Below, in pieces: positions 1 through 1,538 of a DNA stretch of 1,538 nucleotides. Made by a program: the position numbers and the translations under genes. Below the pieces are notes generated by a model that did not search any database, was not told the origin of the DNA, and saw only the letters and a program-made list of their open reading frames with translations. The stretch lies in NCBI RefSeq assembly GCF_013167455.1, contig NZ_CP038329.1; one strand, written 5' to 3'. Each line of letters starts with the position of its first letter. Position 1 is the first letter of the stretch. Source of the stretch: Escherichia coli O157:H7. GTDB taxonomy: Bacteria > Pseudomonadota > Gammaproteobacteria > Enterobacterales > Enterobacteriaceae.

Positions 1-1
1 A

Positions 2-457
2 CGACTGAAACAACTTTCAGATGAGGCAAAGAAAAACACCGAGGATCTCGAAGAAGCAAAGAAGAATTCAAGGTTTACACAGGTATCCCCAAAAGGTTGG
101 GAACGCGTTCGAGAGCTGCTGAAGGATAGCCAAGGCATATCAGCACTGAAGCTGTACTCATTTTTAGCGGAGCATATCGATCCTACGTGTGGCGCTGTCG
201 TTGCGGATCAGCAATTCCTAGCTGAAAAACTTGGAGTTAGCAGAAGCACAATTATTCGGTGGCTCAATTACTTAGAATCAAAAAATGCATTAGTTAGAAT
301 CCCCGTTGCTGGTAAGGTTTGTGCGTATGCCCTCGATCCACATGAAGTCTGGAAGGGATACAACACTACGAAAAACCATGCAGCGTTTGTCACTAAAACA
401 CTGGTCAACAAAGACGGTGATATTCAGCGCCGAATCATGGCCATGTTTTCAAATTGA
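2..457 (+). CDS. 3' portion (152 codons) of a putative plasmid replication protein, RepL-like winged helix-turn-helix; 5' end lies outside the window
   Basis: Frame 2 is open from position 2 to the TGA at 455-457 (translated by hand: ...SQGISALKLYSFLAEHIDPTCGAVVADQQFLAEKLGVSRSTIIRWLNYLESKNALVRIPVAGKVCAYALDPHEVWKGY...MAMFSN*). The segment LAEKLGVSRSTIIRWLNYLE is a typical HTH; the overall pattern (LKLY..FL...D...V.A...LA...GVS..TI...L..LE..N.LVR....G.....L(D/N)P(H/E)...(K/R)G) parallels staphylococcal pSN2 RepL as I remember it. It is missing from the supplied ORF track only because no start codon lies within the window. Product assignment is from memory, not a search. Confidence 0.6.
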   Translation, partial: RLKQLSDEAKKNTEDLEEAKKNSRFTQVSPKGWERVRELLKDSQGISALKLYSFLAEHIDPTCGAVVADQQFLAEKLGVSRSTIIRWLNYLESKNALVRIPVAGKVCAYALDPHEVWKGYNTTKNHAAFVTKTLVNKDGDIQRRIMAMFSN

Positions 458-589
458 GCCAGCGGCAGGCGGACAATCAGGGGCTACGTGTTAACGTTTT
501 GACCATGATTGTCTATCCTGCATTGCTCTTTTGCCGCCTCAAAATCCCTTGCGTGTTTTTGCTCCCCGATCCCCAGAACGACCGCGCCG

Positions 590-860
590 CCACGGTTCCG
601 GCTGCGCCTTGAGCGCAACCGGAAACCGTCTGGGGAGAACCCCAGACCCCCATCGCTGTAACACCGACGGTCTACGACCACCAACCAGCCGAATAGCTGC
701 CTGTGCCGTGCAAATAGGCTTTGCAGGGAGCTGACGCGGTTCCTGGCGACCTGAAAGCCCCTGGTTAGGGGTATCGGCGCGCCTGACCTCCTGAGAGCCT
801 CTGTAAGCGTTTTTCGCGCCTTCCATGCCCTGGCGGGCATTTAAACCCGTTTCGTGCGTC
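590..860 (+). other. ColE1/pMB1-type replication origin region: 3' half of an RNAII-like pre-primer and predicted RNA-to-DNA switch point near ~815-835; diverged and apparently lacking the 5' RNAII/RNAI region
   Basis: By-eye collinear similarity to the pBR322 origin region as recalled: GGGAGCT at 726-732 lies ~100 nt upstream of CCATG (826-830), as GGGAGCT lies ~115 nt upstream of CCTATGG at the pBR322 origin. On the minus strand, gaaaaacgcttacagaggctctcaggaggtcaggcg resembles caaaaatcgacgctcaagtcagaggtggcg and gataccc..ccagg resembles gataccaggcg. Order and orientation agree with the bom and pas-like blocks. No RNAI-like three-stem-loop element or terminator was seen at 260-560. Confidence 0.4.
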
Positions 861-920
861 TGAGAGCTTCTGAGCGTGTTTGAAGGGCTATCTGACGACT
901 CATCCCCGAAAGAACAACAA

Positions 921-954
921 CGGGATCACCGACAACATGCGAGAGGTGATCCCG
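921..954. repeat. Hairpin, 10-bp perfect arms cgggatcacc / ggtgatcccg with a 14-nt loop, positional counterpart of the GTTATCC...GGATAAC hairpin of pBR322
   Basis: Arms 921-930 and 945-954 are exact reverse complements. It lies immediately origin-proximal to the pas-like block, as the DnaA-box hairpin does in pBR322 (from memory). Confidence 0.5.
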
Positions 955-1010
955 CTCGCCGCAAGTCGATGACCGAGCGTAGCGAGCGAATCGACGAGGA
1001 AGCGGAAGAG
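952..1010 (-). promoter_or_regulatory. ColE1-type primosome assembly site (pas / n'-site)-like conserved block between origin and bom
   Basis: Minus strand reads ctcttccgcttcctcg tcgattcgctcgctacgctcggtcatcgacttgcggcgagcgg, against pBR322 ~2345-2403 (recalled) ctcttccgcttcctcg ctcactgactcgctgcgctcggtcgttcggctgcggcgagcgg. The first 16 nt and the terminal tgcggcgagcgg are identical. The functional label as a PriA-dependent site is from memory of ColE1 literature. Confidence 0.5.
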
Positions 1011-1046
1011 AACCGGAAGTTACATTGAGCACTTACGCACGGATGC

Positions 1047-1071
1047 GGGGTGTCGGGGTGAAGCCCTGACC
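1047..1071 (+). repeat. Inverted second copy of the 25-bp bom arm (ggggtgtcggggtgaagccctgacc)
   Basis: The reverse complement of 1265-1289 is ggggtgtcggggcgaagccctgacc, matching 1047-1071 at 24 of 25 positions. The two copies are inverted and 193 bp apart. Similarity to bom stops right after the repeat (aagtgggg here versus cagtcacg in bom). Confidence 0.75.
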
Positions 1072-1076
1072 AAGTG

Positions 1077-1114
1077 GGGAATGTCTGAGTGCGCGTGCGC
1101 GGTCAGACATTCCC
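1077..1114. repeat. Hairpin with 12-bp perfect stem (gggaatgtctga / tcagacattccc) and 14-nt alternating purine-pyrimidine loop (gtgcgcgtgcgcgg)
   Basis: Arms 1077-1088 and 1103-1114 are exact reverse complements. The loop 1089-1102 is two tandem gtgcgc units. It sits just inside the inverted bom-arm copy. Function unknown; a single-strand initiation site or relaxosome accessory site is a guess. Confidence 0.5.
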
Positions 1115-1228
1115 ACATCCTGTCCCGATTTCTGAGGCGTTTTAACGGTGAACGGACGGCAAAAACATGATCGAGCGTGGAGAGCGCGAAATCGGGCAAA
1201 ATCACGGCTGACGAGGCTTGCAGAGGAG

Positions 1229-1289
1229 TAAGCCAGTATACACTCCGCTATCGCTACGTGACTGGGTCAGGGCTTCGCCCCGACACCCC
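1229..1289 (-). other. ColE1/pMB1-family bom (oriT) including the conserved nic region
   Basis: Minus strand reads ggggtgtcggggcgaagccctgacccagtcacgtagcgatagcggagtgtatactggctta, against pBR322 bom (recalled) gggtgtcggggcgcagccatgacccagtcacgtagcgatagcggagtgtatactggctta. About 58 of 61 positions match by eye, including an identical 41-nt run tgacccagtcacgtagcgatagcggagtgtatactggctta. By analogy with ColE1, where I recall nicking mapped to CTGG/CTTA, the nick would fall on the minus strand between plus coordinates 1233 and 1232. Confidence 0.8.
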
Positions 1290-1291
1290 AA

Positions 1292-1320
1292 AAGGGCGTT
1301 GCGTTGCGCGCAACGCCCTT
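1292..1320 (-). terminator. GC-rich hairpin (aagggcgttgcg / cgcaacgccctt, 5-nt loop) abutting the bom arm; candidate intrinsic terminator for leftward transcription
   Basis: 12-bp perfect inverted repeat, 1292-1303 and 1309-1320. On the minus strand the GC stem is followed by TTTTGGGG, a short U-tract. On the plus strand no T-run follows directly, so the minus orientation is more plausible. It also coincides with the GC-rich to AT-rich junction. Confidence 0.35.
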
Positions 1321-1384
1321 GCCTAGAATAGATCTTTTACGCCGATTTGTAAGTTGTTGTTTTTTTAGTGTGTTTTTTGTTTAC

Positions 1385-1453
1385 CTGTCGCATCCAGGGT
1401 GACACAACGTTGTCGCATCCTGGATGCGACAACACGCAACAAGGTGTTGCACA
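1385..1453. promoter_or_regulatory. Operator-like cluster of palindromes upstream of the 1519 gene
   Basis: A 23-bp perfect palindrome at 1410-1432 (ttgtcgcatcc t ggatgcgacaa). A third copy of the arm in direct orientation at 1385-1398 (ctgtcgcatccagg). A 10-bp palindrome acaacgttgt at 1404-1413. A gcaac-N5-gttgc dyad at 1436-1450 overlapping a possible -35 hexamer. Confidence 0.45.
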
Positions 1454-1476
1454 GATGTGTCATGATGGCTTAGATT
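1447..1476 (+). promoter_or_regulatory. Candidate sigma70-type promoter (-35 ttgcac 1447-1452; -10 tagatt 1471-1476, 18-bp spacer) for the downstream gene
   Basis: Hexamer matches only (ttgcac vs TTGACA, tagatt vs TATAAT). An alternative -35 ttgaac at 1476-1481 lacks a good -10. Weak and unverified. Confidence 0.2.
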
Positions 1477-1518
1477 TGAACCAACGTTAGTGCATGGGAT
1501 TTTCAGAGGGAAAAAATC

Positions 1519-1538
1519 ATGTTTATTGATTCAGAAAA
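1519..1538 (+). CDS. 5' end of an unidentified protein-coding gene (MFIDSE...), continues beyond the window
   Basis: ATG at 1519-1521 preceded by a purine-rich Shine-Dalgarno-like agaggg (1505-1510) at 8-nt spacing. AT-rich upstream region with operator-like palindromes. Only 6 codons are visible, so the product cannot be assigned. Confidence 0.4.

Noticed and set aside
306-494. 62-aa + strand ORF (TTG start)
   Set aside because: It lies in a different frame, entirely inside the much longer open frame 2..457 that carries the HTH motif. Treated as an overlapping spurious frame.
260-560. Search for a ColE1 RNAI gene (three stem-loops plus terminator) and RNAII promoter
   Set aside because: No RNAI-like stem-loop series and no A-run plus hairpin at the expected position. 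The only dyad found is a long-range 8-bp repeat (gacaatca 472-479 / tgattgtc 506-513) with a 26-nt spacer, which does not resemble RNAI.
458-560. Intrinsic terminator immediately downstream of the rep-like stop codon
   Set aside because: The T-runs at 496-500 and 555-560 are not preceded by a stable GC-rich hairpin; the only elements are short palindromes (gttaac, aacgtt).
484-840. Six-frame ORFs in the GC-rich segment: 484..840 (-) 118 aa, 539..826 (-) 95 aa, 531..734 (+) 67 aa, 841..1032 (-) 63 aa
   Set aside because: They overlap one another in different frames, are arginine/proline/glycine-rich low-complexity translations typical of GC-rich non-coding DNA, have no convincing RBS, and cover DNA that aligns collinearly with a ColE1-type non-coding origin region.
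1020-1205. 61-aa ORF on the minus strand (GTG start) between the two bom-arm copies
   Set aside because: Alternative start codon, no Shine-Dalgarno sequence upstream, and it runs across the hairpin and inverted bom-arm copy. More likely structural DNA than coding.
1167-1211. Tiny ORF ATG...TGA (14 codons, MIERGEREIGQNHG) with a weak upstream purine-rich stretch
   Set aside because: Too short, with no supporting signal beyond an ATG. It lies within the extra segment next to the nic site.
1-1538. tRNA, rRNA, CRISPR array, or IS/transposon terminal inverted repeats
   Set aside because: No cloverleaf-compatible segments, no regularly spaced direct repeats with spacers, and the only substantial inverted repeat (1047-1071 / 1265-1289) is explained as a duplicated bom arm rather than a transposase-associated end.

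Overview
This window reads as a three-part plasmid mosaic. (1) Positions 2-457 (+) are the 3' end of an uninterrupted reading frame (152 codons, stop TGA 455-457) with a clear helix-turn-helix motif resembling RepL-type winged-helix plasmid replication proteins; GC is about 42% by eye. (2) Positions ~500-1320 are GC-rich (~60% by eye) and carry, on the minus strand, a ColE1/pMB1-family replication-origin-proximal region: a bom/oriT at 1229-1289 that matches the pBR322 bom sequence as I recall it at about 58 of 61 positions, a primosome-assembly-site-like conserved block (952-1010), a hairpin (921-954) and collinear patchy similarity to the 3' half of RNAII and the origin (~590-860). The 5' RNAII/RNAI control region, rom and mob genes are not present. 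(3) Positions 1320-1538 are AT-rich, with a dense cluster of palindromes (1385-1453) followed by an RBS and the ATG of a + strand gene at 1519 that runs off the window. The six-frame ORFs inside the GC-rich segment look spurious. The most notable points are an orphan ColE1-type oriT with a second inverted copy of its 25-bp arm 193 bp away, and the fusion of a rep-like gene to a ColE1-type origin lacking its antisense control region. All homology statements rest on sequence recalled from memory and by-eye alignment, not on a database search.
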